The notes under the pieces: generated by a model
What the model was told of the DNA's origin: nothing
What the model saw: the letters and a program-made list of their open reading frames with translations, nothing else
Databases searched by the model: none
Source: Trichoplax adhaerens
Taxonomy: Eukaryota > Animalia > Placozoa
Direction of reading: 5' to 3'
Length of the DNA stretch: 64,000 bases
Assembly: GCF_000150275.1 (NCBI RefSeq)
Contig: NW_002060944.1
Span: forward strand, 4,282,123 to 4,346,122
Translations under genes and position numbers: made by a program
Shown here: positions 43,403-58,129 of the stretch, in pieces
How positions within the stretch are numbered: the first letter of the stretch is position 1
Layout of the letters: every line of letters starts with the position of its first letter

Positions 43403-45233
43403 ATGCAAAGTAGCAAGAGTGAGTTAAGTAAGAATTATTCAGTTGAGTCAATTGTCGCTGATGACAGTAGATGTGATCAAGCCGAGGATAAAGATACATC
43501 GCAAAGTCCATCATACGGTAACCATGGTCCATTTTGTGGTTGTTATTCATGCAACAGAAACTTTCGAGTAGGATTTAATAGGTCATCTGATGATTTATCG
43601 GTTCTACCAGCTGAATCAGTGAATAGCAATTTGGTTACTGCAACCAACTGTATTTTGCAAGATGTACAGGTTCATTTGGTTAATCGAGAGATGTGGCATG
43701 CTTTTTCAAACCTTGGAACTGAAATGATCATTACAAGGATCGGAAGGTAATATTGCTTTAATGTTCATTACTGAAAACTATTAGCACACACAACCCATGT
43801 GAAACTGTCTGGCTAATATCACTAAAAGTTCAATTACAACTTGAGCGTGGTATTAGTTAAGCACTAAAAAATATTATCACGCGATAAAATGTAGTGTTTA
43901 AATTTAAAATAGGCCAATAATGTATTCTTTTATCTTTTAATGCCTTACTCTGATTGCTATATGTTTACAGGCGTCTATTTCCAACGTTAGAAATTAGTCT
44001 AAGTGGTCTTGATTCAGATGGTAGATATATTATTAAGGCTGATATAACAGCGGCTGATAACCATCGCTACAAATATATACCAGCATCGGGATGGGTACCA
44101 GTACAAAATGGCAATCATGCAGTGATTACATCTCACAATAGTAATGTCTCCTTTGGAACTTATGAGCACCCTGATTCACCAAATACGGGGAAATTTTGGA
44201 TGAAGGCCAATAGCATTAGCTTTAAGAAAATGAAATTGAGTAATGATAAGAGCTGTAAGACGAAAGGATGTGTACGTTGGAAGATTGCTTTTATACCATA
44301 TCCTGAGTTAATTAATGAGTACATTAAGAGTAATTTCAGTTGTAGCTCACAATTGTAAATATTTTCGATAGTAAAATTGTTGTATTAACTTTGTATCACC
44401 TCTTGCTTGTATTGTATAGATTATCTTGAACTCGATGCGGAAATATCAGCCAAGAATTCATATTATGAGAATTGACGCACCCAACTTAGGATCAAGAATT
44501 GCCGTTTTCCCAGAGACTCGTTTCTTTGCAGTAACTTCTTACCAAAATGTTCAAGTTAGTAAATTTAAAATATTAAGATAAGTAATTTCTTTCGATTATA
44601 CTGTACGCCATATGGAATTTATCTATTCCAGACTTGCAATATTATTCTTTTTTAATATTTACTGTATAGGTAACTAAACTGAAAATTCAAAATAATCCGT
44701 TTGCCAAAGCATTTCGTGATAGTAATTCGCAGTTGACGAGTTGTCAATCAATCAACAGTTATACTACCAATCAATTGAGTAAAAACTTATTAAGCTCTTT
44801 TCGTGAACATAACATAAATAGTTATCCAACAACTGGATATACTCCTGGATACTCGAATTCCTATAGCCTAGATGGTAATCGAAACTTTAATACCGTCAAC
44901 AGGAATAACCATCACTTTGCAATTTATCCAGCGACTTCTTTAACGCCTCAAGTTACAAGAGTTTCAGAGCCAACACCATATTATGCCGCATCTACATACA
45001 GTAACTTTCCTTCTTCGAACTCGAATCCTTATGTCGGGGCTGGTTTCACTTCAGAATACCCTTACGATTCGCCGTTATGTAATCATCTTCCTGCTCAATC
45101 ATCCGATAGCAATCGTAATTTAAATTTTCAACTTATACCTAGTAGACCAGGCTATCATTCGTATAATGTTAATCCCCCTATAGCATTGCCTTCTCCGGTA
45201 ACAAGTATGAATTACAACAAAGAGATGAGATAG
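43403..45233 (+). CDS. Divergent T-box transcription factor (class unresolved)
   Basis: Exons 43403-43746, 43971-44271, 44420-44554 and 44670-45233 encode [64 protein letters not shown] and [14 protein letters not shown], then a S/P/Y-rich C-terminal tail. Confidence 0.93.
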
Positions 45234-46627
45234 TAAAATTTACGACTTGAAATTTCGTAGCTATTTGATGCATAATTTGATTAATATGCAGCATACGAGT
45301 ATAAAACTTCTACACAATCTCATTAGCGTATTATCTTTGCGGATTATTAATTATCTCAGTTCGCATTCATAATTTTCTTACATGATATAGTAGTAAGATG
45401 ATACAGATACAGTACTGCATCAGCAATATTCAGTTATATCTGCGTACTTAGCTGCTGTAGTATGTCACAGCATACTAACGGATTATAGTCCATGCTGATT
45501 ATGATATTGTTACATTTCTTAACATTTCTTCAAAATTATGGTCTATACTAATATCACAATAAATATCCATGTAATATGTGAAAGATCAATTATTTTTAAA
45601 GTGCATATAAAAACCAGGATGCAAATTAGTGATTATGGTAAAGTGTGTCAAGGTTAAAATATACAGCGATGTGATAGTATTTTGGCATGAACTATGAATA
45701 ATTCTATCATATGCTACAATGTGTGAATTTATATGCTCTATAAAGTGTAGTATTCCAACATTTCATATTACTTCGTATGATTAGCTGCATTTGTCCAAAT
45801 TCTCTCCTCTAAGTCTCTAATTTGGAGTTAACATGCGATGAATCGCTACTTCCTTCGTACGTATATTAAATACGTGTTTAGTGGTCCATTGGCGGTACAT
45901 CTTTACAATAAACTTGACTATCTAAATTTAAATAAATTTAAATTTAATACCTCATATTCAACAAAAACTTTCGTAAGCGAAGTAATTAGTTTAGCCGGAT
46001 GAATTAATTAACGTACATGAGCATGTAAACAAATCAATTTATTATCACTTTATACAGCAGTAAGTCAGAAAAATTACATACGTTTTCTGTTATCATGATA
46101 TTTTGCCTTGCTTTACTGATAGGAAGCTTGCAAAAGTTTAAATACAGATCTATCCTACTTTAATTTCCCCCCCCCCCATAATAACTAATAATAAGTATCC
46201 GTATCCAGCTATCGTCATGGTCTTTTTCGATTGCCTATTCTGCATAAACCCACATAGAGCATAAATAGACAAAAACTATTCATTATTAAAGCTTATCTTC
46301 TTATTCTGTTTGGGAGTAAATTGGAATTTCATAATTGAACGTAAGTTGGTACAAGATTTTATTTATCTACTCGCTACACATGTACGTATTAATGCGAGCT
46401 CTGCTAGAAGTGCCAAGGTAATGCTGTAGTGTATTCAGAATGTAATACATAACAATTTTGATGAATTTCGTTCTCAAAATGTCGTAAAACATTAGTGTTA
46501 AATTATCTAAAACGAAAAAGATCACGCTGAGTATGAGCAGGTAGGATTTACTATAGTAATTTACAGCCTTTTGGGTGACTATACTACAGTTCTTTGATCA
46601 GACCATAAAGACCTCAAAGCGAACACA

Positions 46628-46810
46628 CTGTACTGTACAGTGTACAGTGTACAGTACGTACCAAGAGACAGTACAGTACATGTACAGTACAGTACTGGAT
46701 ATAGCGACTTGAGATTCCTTGCCACTTGCTAGTCTGTCTTTATCACTACAGTCTGTAGTGTAGAGTATACGCTAGTGGGTGATCAGAACACTACAGTACA
46801 GTACTGTACT
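46628..46810. promoter_or_regulatory. (GTACN)n clusters immediately upstream of NUP214
   Basis: CTGTACTGTACAGTGTACAGTGTACAGTACGTAC, ACAGTACAGTACATGTACAGTACAGTACTG and TACAGTACAGTACTGTAC lie within ~200 bp of the ATG. The role is inferred. Confidence 0.6.
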
Positions 46811-46830
46811 TCAGAAATACGATATCCATC

Positions 46831-49800
46831 ATGGCGGTAGAATTAAGGAAAGAAATCAGCGTAAGTAATTGGAGATTTGCAGAGTTTCTCGAGTAACTTT
46901 TATTTCTGCTTTATTTCGATTGATTATCGATCACAGTCTTGACAGTTGTAGCTCATGCAGTATGATGACCATCCATTCTACAGCTTAGCAAGGTGACGAT
47001 CATTGTGTCGTTTACCGCACTGTAAATGCGAGTATTGCAAAGCTAACAACTCCTGGATGTAATGTGTGACTACAGAAAAGCGTTGCAATGAGCACTATAC
47101 TGGAAATTATTCTTTTACTATTCTATCGTTGACGAGATTATTAATGCTGTATCTTATTCTAGTATTAGATCGATCGAGCATTGCATCAATGTATTAACTA
47201 GAAATGATAATATGGACTGTTTTGGTTATTGAATTGCATTGCCATTTTTGCATGATATAGCACTTCCACTATAGGCATATGAAACCCATTCAAATTGTCA
47301 ATGACAATCTTGATTTCGGTCCATATCGCTTCAATTTGTTAGCAAGTTCAACAATTCATGGATTAACTTTTATCGCTTGGAAAAATGGTAATGTATAGTC
47401 ATGATATCAATTAATATGCTACTGATATATTAAAGATAGTGCTACAGTTATTTTGTAAACATATCACTGTTGATAAATTCTCTTTATCGATGTCATCAAT
47501 AATTTTGAAAGCTATTTCATACCATAGCTACAGAAAATCCATAGAGAGAGACGAGGTTACATCCTTGTCGTGCCTGCTTATAACAGACCAGCAATAATTA
47601 GTCTCTCACAAAAATTGCAAAAGTTGATATCGAGTTAAGATTGGTAGCTCGTGCGTAGCATACTACAAGTTTCATTAGTGACTGTACTCAGTAGATATTT
47701 GTTGAGCAGTAAAGAAGTGTAGGTGATTATGAACAGAGCATGGTCGTAACCAGCAATATCCTTGAGCTACTGTATTGAAAGCAACATTTCTTATTCAAGT
47801 ATAGTGCTTGTAGTAAAGTCTTAATCGCTTCTATGCTGTACAATGATGCAAGAGTAGAGTACTGACGCGCTATCTATAATAATAATAATAATAAATAAAA
47901 TAGGCTCAAAAATTTTCCAATAGTTCCACTTTTAGGACTGCGTATAAATTGGCATTGATTAAATTTTCAGTAAAATCTGATAGATGTAAACAGCAATTTA
48001 ATTTGTATTTCTTAGAGCTAAGAGCCTACGAAACGAAAATTTTTTCCGACTTGGATGCAGTAGATTTTAAAGACAGAGACGAACCCTACAAAGGTTATTA
48101 TTATCCGTTGGATTATTTTGCACGATATTATGCATTTTGACACTAAAATACAAACTTCAACTATTTGTTAAGTACTTAACGTCATAGTTTACAGGATAGT
48201 AACACAGAGGGTGTTCTTTCCCTTTTCTTTCTATTGGAAAGGATTAATGAAATTCTTTTGCAATTATTAAAATTTGTATGTACACATGCAACAAAGTCGC
48301 ACTTGACATTAAAATAACTAATTGGAGTTACTGATTCAAAATTGCATAGGAGATAGATGCCGACCAATTAGCTCTATGCAAAGGCCAAAAGACTCCATAA
48401 CCTTTCTAGCTATATCAGCTGATGGTGAGATTTTAGCAGTGTGCATGTTAAGGGACAAAATTAGGCCATGCATCGGATTCGCCAAAGTTGGTCGTTTTCG
48501 TCAGGTATGTACTACTAAAATTAGATACTATATATTGTTATTTAAAACTTGGTAACTTTCCGGTCTCTACCACAAAGATGTCATATAAGCAAATGTTATA
48601 TTGTACTGTGTATTCTCTCGTGTAATAATGTTTGTATTTCATACTACATGTGCTTGCAGAGCAACATAACTCAGAACTTCTTTGCAGGCATGTCATTGTG
48701 TAATGAGGATGGTATGTTCAACGTTACAATGTTTATACGTGGCCTTATCATTTCATTTATAACAAATAAATTGATGTATCGATGTATTTAGGTCTATATC
48801 TAGTCGACTGCAAATGGAATCCTGGTACTACGAACAATTTCGCTACGTGTTTGAGCGATGGGAGCGTTTCGGTTTATGCCTTTGATAGCAACTGGAAGAA
48901 TATACAGCAGACATGGTGTAGAAGACCTAATCCTGTGGCTACTGCTAGTATGATTGCATTTAATATATGTCTATAATCAATTTTTTGTAATAGAGTATCA
49001 TACATATAGATAGTTAGTGTTTTATAATGTACAAAAAATACACAACACTAAGCCGGATTATATTGGGTGATTTTAGTATGCTGGAGTCCTAAAGGAACGC
49101 AACTTCTTATTGGTGACGCTCATGGGAATCTTACACAATACAAAGTCTGTTTTAAGCTAACATATCGTACTTAATGAATATAGCATCTCGACTGGAGGGT
49201 AATCAAATTGACTAAATTTGCTTATTTTCAATAACATCTTTTAGTTAACTGATGAGCCTGCTCAGCGGCAGATTTCATGCGGATTAAAAACTCCACATAA
49301 AGGTTCTAGTTGGATCTACATTTAGTACCTTTACATGTTGGTATCTATTTTCTGATTGTGTGATAATGTTTCTTCAGTGACGGACGTTCTATGGTTCTCT
49401 GGTCACGTTTTTATGATTATTTATATGCCTGTACTATCGGGGAATGAAGACGATAGCGACGAATCCCCCTCACTAGTAGTAATAGACACTCCAGTAAGTC
49501 CTCGCTTTAATTTTCTAATTTTAATCTATTTGCAATTAACATTTTAATCATAATCCATCGTACGGTACGACGACAGAAAAATGCCGCTCCTAAGATAACA
49601 GACTTTGAAGATACCTATTTTGGAATGGTAATGGAAGAAAAAAGAGTAGATCAGTTCTTTATATCTAATATCAAAGAATGGTAAGATTGCACCTGAAGTA
49701 AATAGAGTTTAGCTCACTTGATATTGCAGCATTAAATCCAATTTTCTTATTAATTTTAGGGATTTAGCCATTTCTGCTTCCGCTAATGCAATGGAAGTAA

Positions 49801-52800
49801 CGACCATAGGGGAATTTTCCTCGGTTAGAGCCACTTTATATAATATTATTAGTATCTGTTTACAATAGTTCCAACTTTAAATCTTGGTCTCGCAGGGTTG
49901 TACTTGGTGGGATCTGGCTGACGGCAGTCGAGCAGAAGTACCAATTGATTTTTCATCAAACGCTGATGCCTTTCCTGCTGGATTGTCATTCGATTTTTCT
50001 TCGAACGTTAAGCTATCACTTGGTACATCAACAGTTTACATAATTCATTAATGATGAAATAAAACTGAAATTTTAGCCATCCATTTAGAATACTTGCTTC
50101 TTACAACCATATATACGTACTCATGAAACAGGGGAAGATAGACAACACCCGGCATGTCCTATCATGCTTATGATTACTGATCATGGAGTGTTACATGGGT
50201 ACTATTTAATAAATGAAAAACAAGGTGCAGCCCCAAATATTATAAAAACCATCAAACAATTCAATCCTGATGACATAAAAGATAACGTAATAAGTGAAGA
50301 TATCGAAGCTCGATTAAATTTGTTAATTACAGGTACTAAATAATAATATCTTAGAATTCGCTACATAGTGTTTCGAAATATTAGTCAATTCATATAAGTC
50401 TTAATAAATTTTATTACTTGCTGCTGTTTATTACTTTAATTATATTATCTTATAAATCCACATACAGATCAGAAAAATACTGCTGCGAGTATTACAGCGA
50501 CAACACTAGAAGATCGTAATACTGCACAAAAGAATAACGATGCGCGCGTAGTACAGTCGAATAAACCACTTTCTAGCTCTCCAAACGTAGGAACATTCGG
50601 TAAGGATGAATCTCCGTGACAGAAAAAATTTAAATATTTTATAATTGCAGTGAATGTAGACTTACTACATTTTATTTTTAGATGCTACTAGAATTGTAGA
50701 ATCAGTTGTACAGTATAATATAACTAAATTGCAATTGTAAATATTAAAGATATGTAGTCCTACCATTTAACTGTAAAATGATTTTATTTTTAGTAAATCC
50801 ACAAACCAAAACTGAGACAATGGCAACGTTCTCTTTCCGTGGTACTTCCACCCAACCTGCTGCAGCGCTAAGTAAGCCGTTTCAGTTTAATGCAAGAAGC
50901 AGTGGGGACACCTCTTCTACTCTGACGACAGTAGCAGATAAACCAAAGATCAATTTTGGAGCTATCTCTCCATCGTTTAATATTTCTTCATCGCAAATAA
51001 AGCCATCCTTCACGAAATCAGATGAATCCAGTGTAAAGCCTTCAGGTAACAAATGTCTAGTGTGCCATATACAGTATCTATATTGCTCTTAATCGTACAT
51101 TAATATCAATCTAAAAGTTAGTATTTAAACTTTTCGATTTACAAAATAATTATATTTTTATTGAGTCATAAGATTACAGCAGTAGCAATATTAATTTTTT
51201 TAACCTCCTTTATTATCTAGGTAATATTCCTGTAAAGAATGAGAAACCCACAAGTGAAAGCTTTATGACAAGTAGCCATTATGTCCCTCAATTTGGAGCC
51301 CAAGATAATACGAAAAGTCCGTTAGGACCACCATCTACTAGTGCTTCATTCAGCTTCGCGCAGGCCCCATTCAAAGCTCAAGTTGGTTCATTTACTAAAG
51401 CGCAGCCAGATATTGTTTCCGTACGAACTGCTATTAGTGGTGTCCCAGAACAGAGTTCCAGTAAGAGTCTGAAAGAAACCGCTAATGTAAACTGGTCAAA
51501 ATTACAAGTAAGAAAATACTTACTATAGTTCACGTCAACTTTTAAGGGCATCCTATTGCTGTTGTTTTCGCTTAATAAATTACCTTAATCTTGATCAGCC
51601 ACCAAGTCAAGGACGACCCAATGATGAAGCCAAATCAACTCCTTCGAAAGGTTCTTTGCATATATATGTTTAGTTAAATGTATTTTAGTACAAGTAAATT
51701 AGTAATAGCAGCGCTTATGATTATATCATTTTCCAGAAAAATAAACATGCCAAAGATAATAATAGCTCTTAATGTTTATACAATTAAATCTTAGATGGAA
51801 TAAAATTAAATATTAACAGTCCACTGGTTGACAAAGCACCTATTGATGAGCAACAACAGGTATTATATCTCTACTATAAATTCAACCTTGCAATCATATT
51901 TAAATCATACTAAATTGTGGAGTCTTTTGTCAGAAATTAATATCTGCAGTCAGTACAGCAAAGCAAAAGGAGAAAGCTAACCAAGAAAAATTCGCGCGAA
52001 ATTCCTTGAAAGAGGTAAGTTGGTAGATTAACGTATCGTTAGTTTTTTATCTATTGACCCATATGATACAGTCATATCTGCTAAAATATTTTCTAATCTT
52101 GTTAATATAATATGTTGCAGATTTCTGACTTTATACAGGAAATTGCTAGATTGAGGTTGAGGATTACCAATTTACTATCTATTGATGATAAGAAGCCAAA
52201 CGATTTTTCAAGGGAATTTTACAAGCTTCGAGACGATTGTAGCAACTGTCATGACACATGCAAAGAATTAGTGGATTCAATGAAAGTACGTTGACTGATT
52301 TGCTAGCAATAAAACAAAATTTTTGCAATAGTTTAACAGTAAAGTTTTGTACATCATAGGACTTTTATTCATTGGTTAAACAATTGGGTATTGAACTTGC
52401 TTACGCTAAGAATAATTTATTAAATTCCAGGTAGGTTATATTTATCAGTAATTCATTATTCCTTGCAATTCATTTCTTTCATAATTTTTATTTCCATCCA
52501 TACAGCAATGATCTGGACAATTGGAGAAATGAAGAGTATGTAAGATTGCTCAAGGTTCGTTATGTAAGATTCGATTTCATGGCTTATAAAAATCTAAAAT
52601 GTAAATGATCCCATTAAAATAGAGTCGTAAGTTAGATCCATCTTCAGAAGCATTACACCAGAAACTGCTGGAGCTATATCAGTCTGTTGATTCCAAAACG
52701 CGGTAAAGATAAAGCATGATATTACCTTACTGCCATTAGAATGCATTCCTTATCACAAGAAGATATGGTACTTATTTACATTTCGTACTGTAGGGATATA

Positions 52801-55800
52801 AATGAAAGATTCGAAGAGTTGTGGATAATGTCGTCTCCATCAAGGCGCAGGAAGTAATACACAATACCTCAGGAAGAATATTTCAATTTATTACGTTTAC
52901 TATTCCATTTGTACCTTTCTAGATCCCCGTTTGTGTACGTTTTGGATGCCATAAAGAAAGCAATAAACGACAATTACGATCTTCTTATTAAATACGATGA
53001 AGAAATCGAACATATTCTATCTACTTTTAAAAAATGTCACCGTGATTTCAAAGATCGCAACGAAATCTCTAATAATGAACACTTTACAAAGTCAGTATGA
53101 ATAGAAAATACATATGTATGATAGTTGCGATGAAGCCTTCACTTTTTAGTGTCGATTAAATATGCTAATCCTAGTAAAATTTCTCTAAATCCTTTAGCCA
53201 AGTAGATATTGAAGCTTTAAAGGATAGGCTTGCTAGGCAAAAATTAGATGACGGTTTACCACAACTAACAGGTATCTCTAAACATTTTTTTCGTAAGCTG
53301 ACGAAGAATGTATTAAGCTTTGACAAAAGGTAATAGCATATTCTGTATCTATGGTAACGGTATGTGTAATGCTTTTTATCTGTCTGTCTTAAGGTGGATT
53401 ATCTACCGATAAACAGAATAAATTGAAAGAAGATATTGGCGGGCAGTTACTATTTCATACAAACGTGAAAGGTTGCTCATTGTCATTCATACTAGTTGTC
53501 ATTAAATCATTCTACATACTCTCATTATGTCTTTTTCATTGTAAATGTAGCTACATTTACCACCAGTCGTATTCCCTTGAACTACCTAGAGTCGGTTGAA
53601 TTAGAAGATAAGCGGTATCAGCGCTATGAAAGTACCAAAAGTGCTAATATCAAAACGTCGAGTGTTGGTATTCAAACTGAAGTATGTTATGATAGTAACA
53701 AACAAGACTCTGCAATTGACAGTACGTATATCCTGAAAGGGAATGACTCAATCTCATTTTCCTCCGAACCGGAGCCCGCCTTATCTTTTAAGAAAAATAT
53801 CGAGTCAAGAAAAGGTTCGTTCAATGTGTATCTCCAAATTTCTAAGCTTATTTCATCTTACTCCAAATTTTTTTATTAAAGAAATTGAAGATGGCATAAG
53901 TCTAAAAACTGAAATTAAAAGCTTAGAAAATAGTGGAAGTCAGATCCTTGCCAGTGCGGCAGCGGCCCGACTAGGAAAAAATTTTATATCTCAGGAAAGT
54001 ACAGAGAAAACCTCAGCAGCCAGAACTATGTCGTCAAATATTCCTTCAATGTCCTTCGGAGAGAATGCACCTGGACTTGTAGCTAAAAGTAACTCTGATT
54101 TAACTTCTTCATCCGACGTGGTCGGTCAACATAAGCAACCTTCTTTATCAAGCTTTAACTTTGGTGTCACTTCCAAGGTAACTTCTCCTTCGACCACAAC
54201 ATCGATTCCCAAATTTAATATCCAGACGACTTCCGCTGAACCAGCTTCGACCTCAGTAATGCACTCTACATTTAGTTTCTCTAAAAATCCTACAACACAA
54301 TTTACTGATAACTCAATATCACCGCCCAAACCTCAATTCAATTTCGCATCCAAAGAAACTGCTGGAACAGTTTATGGACAATCAAAATTTCTTCCCAGTA
54401 CAAATCCTACGTCAAAATCTTCTAATAATACTGCAACTCCTAAATTCACTTTTGGTTTTGGTTCTGCCAACACAACACAAGTATCTCAGTCAAGTAGTAA
54501 AGCAACTGTAAACTTTGATTCTAATATGATTAAGGAAACAAATAAAACAGAACTACAAGTATCTGAAAATGAAAATAAAACAGTGAATAACCCGGTAACC
54601 TCTAGCTCTGCTTTTAAATTTTCGTTGGGTTCTGGTGCAGACTTTCCAACATCGACGGTGCCATCAACTTGTGCTTCTACTACAACTGGAACATTAAACT
54701 TTCAATTTAAAACAGCTAAACCCCATCAGAGTACCAACAAAGATGATAACACTGTCACGCAAAGTTCAACTACAAATTTTACTGCGATATCCTTATCTTC
54801 TAATCCTGATGAATTAAAGTCAGATGATGTCACTGAGAAAAATAAAAATGCCCCTGAAGCCATACAATCCCCTCTAAGTACTAAAGCAGAAACAAATGTC
54901 ACTTCCGGGAAGGAGATTAGTATTAGTAGTATTTCTTCGGTAAATTCTAATGTTGCTGCAAATAGTCCTCCAATGCTACAAACTACTTCAAAGAGTTTAT
55001 CATTAGCGACCACAGCGACGCTTGCAACAGCTTCTGTTACGCCATCCGTATCGCTAAATTCTGCTAAAGGCACTGGTACTACAGCTACTCATGAAAATGT
55101 ACTACCAATAAATCCAACATTGGCGAGCGTTACTGTATCTACTAAAGGTAAGCTGAAGCTAATTCTTGTAATGAATACTTTAATTTAAAAGTGGATGAGA
55201 AAGCTTAATGTTTATGTAGTCGTCACATCAAAATTGGAAACATACACATAAATCGTGGCTGTACTCTAAGCCGCGATACTAGACAATATAGTAGTAGGCA
55301 CTGTTTGCAAGTTGTATACTTTAACTATAGAAAATTTTCCTCTAAAGATCATTAGTAATCATGACAATATCTCTTGTTTAGATGCTACTTCGAGTCAATT
55401 CAGCAATCCTACCTCAACGACAGGAATTAGTTTTGCTCCGATTTCTACGAAACCTTCAAGTTCTGATTCCACTTCATCTTCCTTTAAATCGCCGAATACG
55501 GTAGTATCTCCACAAGCTCAAGGAACTGTTTCTAATCCCAATACTGTTTCCAAAAGCGAAGTAACCTTTTCGCAAGGAGGATTATTTGGCTCTCATCCCG
55601 GCACTACTGAAAGCACTTCTACACCAGCGGTGGCAACTGTGCCATCTACAGGGCCAAAAACGGGCACTGGCGATATGGATTTTGATATGGAAGTTGATGG
55701 TAGTGAAGGCGTTAACGCTGGTATGATAGTAAGATTTTGTTCTTGATAATTCGCAAGCTTAACTAATTTTTATTTGTAGATTTTAAAAATACCTTTGCCG

Positions 55801-57009
55801 GTCTCGGTTCAAAACCTTCGCAGCAGTCTACATCTACTTTTTCTAATCCTTTTGGGGGCGTCAAGGCGCAAACAACCGCAGAAACAGCTTCTGGACCCTT
55901 CAATAGCCCGACAAGTGGATTCTCTTTTGGTATTCTCTTCGTTTATTCATAAGTATTGTAAAGAAGTTTTTTAACTAATTGAATTTCTAATATGCTTAGC
56001 TACCAATGTTAGTAATCAATTTCAGCAACCAACGAGTAATCAAAACACTCCTGCGAATACGGGTTTCGCTAATAAATTAAGATCGGAAGCATTAGGTTAG
56101 TAGCTGATACTACTAGATCCTCCTACTTTTGCTGACCAATAATAAAATGAATTACAATGTGGGAACACATTATTCTTGAATAATGTCATTATTAACAAGC
56201 CAAAAATATTTCAGTTACCTTCTATTAGCCATATATTTGATATTAGTTATCTGGTAATATATTTTTATATGATCAATATTTATTGTCAGGCTCCAATACA
56301 TTCGGCAGTACGGCAACTTTTAGTGGACCATCGCAGAGTTTTAATCCAAATTCTTTTTCTGTCCAGAAAGATTATGTGTTTGGGTAAAGATTATCCATAT
56401 ATTGAGAATAATTATTGTGAAAGTTTGATTACAACAATTAATTATTAAAATTGATATATTAAAATTGATATACTAACATTAACGTTTATAGGGCGTCAAG
56501 TTCTTTACCTTCCTTTTCTAATGCCAACCAGCCCCCTGGTACTAACTCGGCATTTACCAGCAACCAAGGAGGATTCGGTGGCAACAATCAATTTGGTAGT
56601 TTTGCTGCACAACCTACAGCATTTGGTGCCAATAATAACAATCCATCGTTTTCTTCCTTTTCAAATCAAAATCAAATGCCGGCAAAAAATCCAAACTTTC
56701 AATCGTAAGTTTTCCGGCATCAAGATTGCAATTAGGAGTGGGTTGTATAAATTAATAAAATCAATTAATATAACTAATGACTACTAATACTACTGTCAGT
56801 GAGTACTTTACGAATACTTGCCAATGATTTGTAATGAGATTTACATAGTACTGAAATAATTCGAGATATCAGATAAATAGGCCTTGTATTCGTACACCGC
56901 AGTAACTATAACAACCCAGATTAAAATTGTTTGTACTGGCAGACTGTTAAATTTATTACTTATCAGCATTATTATCCATAGGAGCTCTTTTACACAACGC
57001 AGAGCGTGA
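46831..57009 (+). CDS. NUP214: Nucleoporin Nup214/CAN (beta-propeller, coiled coil, FG repeats)
   Basis: Propeller motifs NLLASSTIHGLTF, KWNPGTTNNFATCLSDGSV, VCWSPKGTQLLIG and PACPIMLMITDHGVL; central coiled coil (RKLDPSSE); S/T-rich region with FG/FxFG repeats; ends SSFTQRRA* at 57007-57009. The 30-nt first exon (46831-46860) is inferred. Confidence 0.88.
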
Positions 57010-58129
57010 AGTCTGGATTTCCTGGTTCCTTATTTTGTAATCAGTTATGTTATTATTGTCTACAAGTACAATTTGGGCATCGAAATCAAATCATTTAAAG
57101 GATACTTAAAACCTACTATATTATAAAAAATTTCAGATTACATATCTAAAACTACAAAATATCCAAATCTAAATTATATTTCGTCAAATGTATTGTATAA
57201 TGCCATTTGTAGTTCTAATAACTAAGGTTGGAATGATAAAAATGTTAGACGTTGTATAGTAGAATGTTATAAAATCATCTTATATTAGCATTGCTTGTTG
57301 ATAAACTGAAGGATATTATATGCATTAGTGTATAGACAAGCTGATTTTGTTAATAATCGAATAATTGGCTGTGTTGTAAAAGGAAGAGTTTTGAAACGAA
57401 ATAAGCTGATAGGCCTGTGTTCGTAGCACTTATCTTCTTAGTATCGTGTTTGTATAATTCATGAAATTAATCACAGCGTAAGTATTTATTTTATTAGCCT
57501 TTACTTAAGCGAATTAAAAAAATCTAATTTAAATGGTATTGTTTCATTTATTACTCTTGAAGTCAACAAAATGAATTTTTGACATCAGTACAAAGTGTAT
57601 CAGTGTTTAAGAATTTATACAGACTTTGTCTGGGTTTGTGTTCATTTAAAGTCTTACATTGTCAATCCAAAGTAAATTCACCAAGCATCTCATCGCTTGG
57701 TATTATTCTTACGGTAACTTTATCATATAAGGGCATAAACTTTCACGATGGATCGTTCTGTGCCAATACCAATACAAATATAATAGAGCATTTACAAATT
57801 TAATTTTTCAATTGAATTAAATGGATCATTGATCATCAATAAATGTTATGTCGCAGTTGTTGGATTTTCAATTTGCTTATAATTTAATAATAAAATTGTT
57901 GACTAAAATTACTGAATATTCCTATTCTGATAAATGATACATGTACGCGTAAGGGATAGTTATTGACGAGTAGGAATCTACATCGTTTAAATATACTAAC
58001 TATCCTATCGCAACAAAATTTTGAAAGATTTGATCATTCAAAGATTAAACTGTCAATTACAGCCTGCGATCTGTATTATTAGCCTAAAATACTTATAGCA
58101 ACCACAAAATTAGAAACAATAACGTACAC

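Noticed and set aside
43403-45233. Calling the T-box gene Brachyury
   Set aside because: It lacks the typical LTNEMIVTK and SPNFGAHWMK signatures despite having NPFAKAF.
54126-55073. Minus-strand ORFs inside the large NUP214 exon
   Set aside because: They are antisense shadows of S/T-rich coding sequence.
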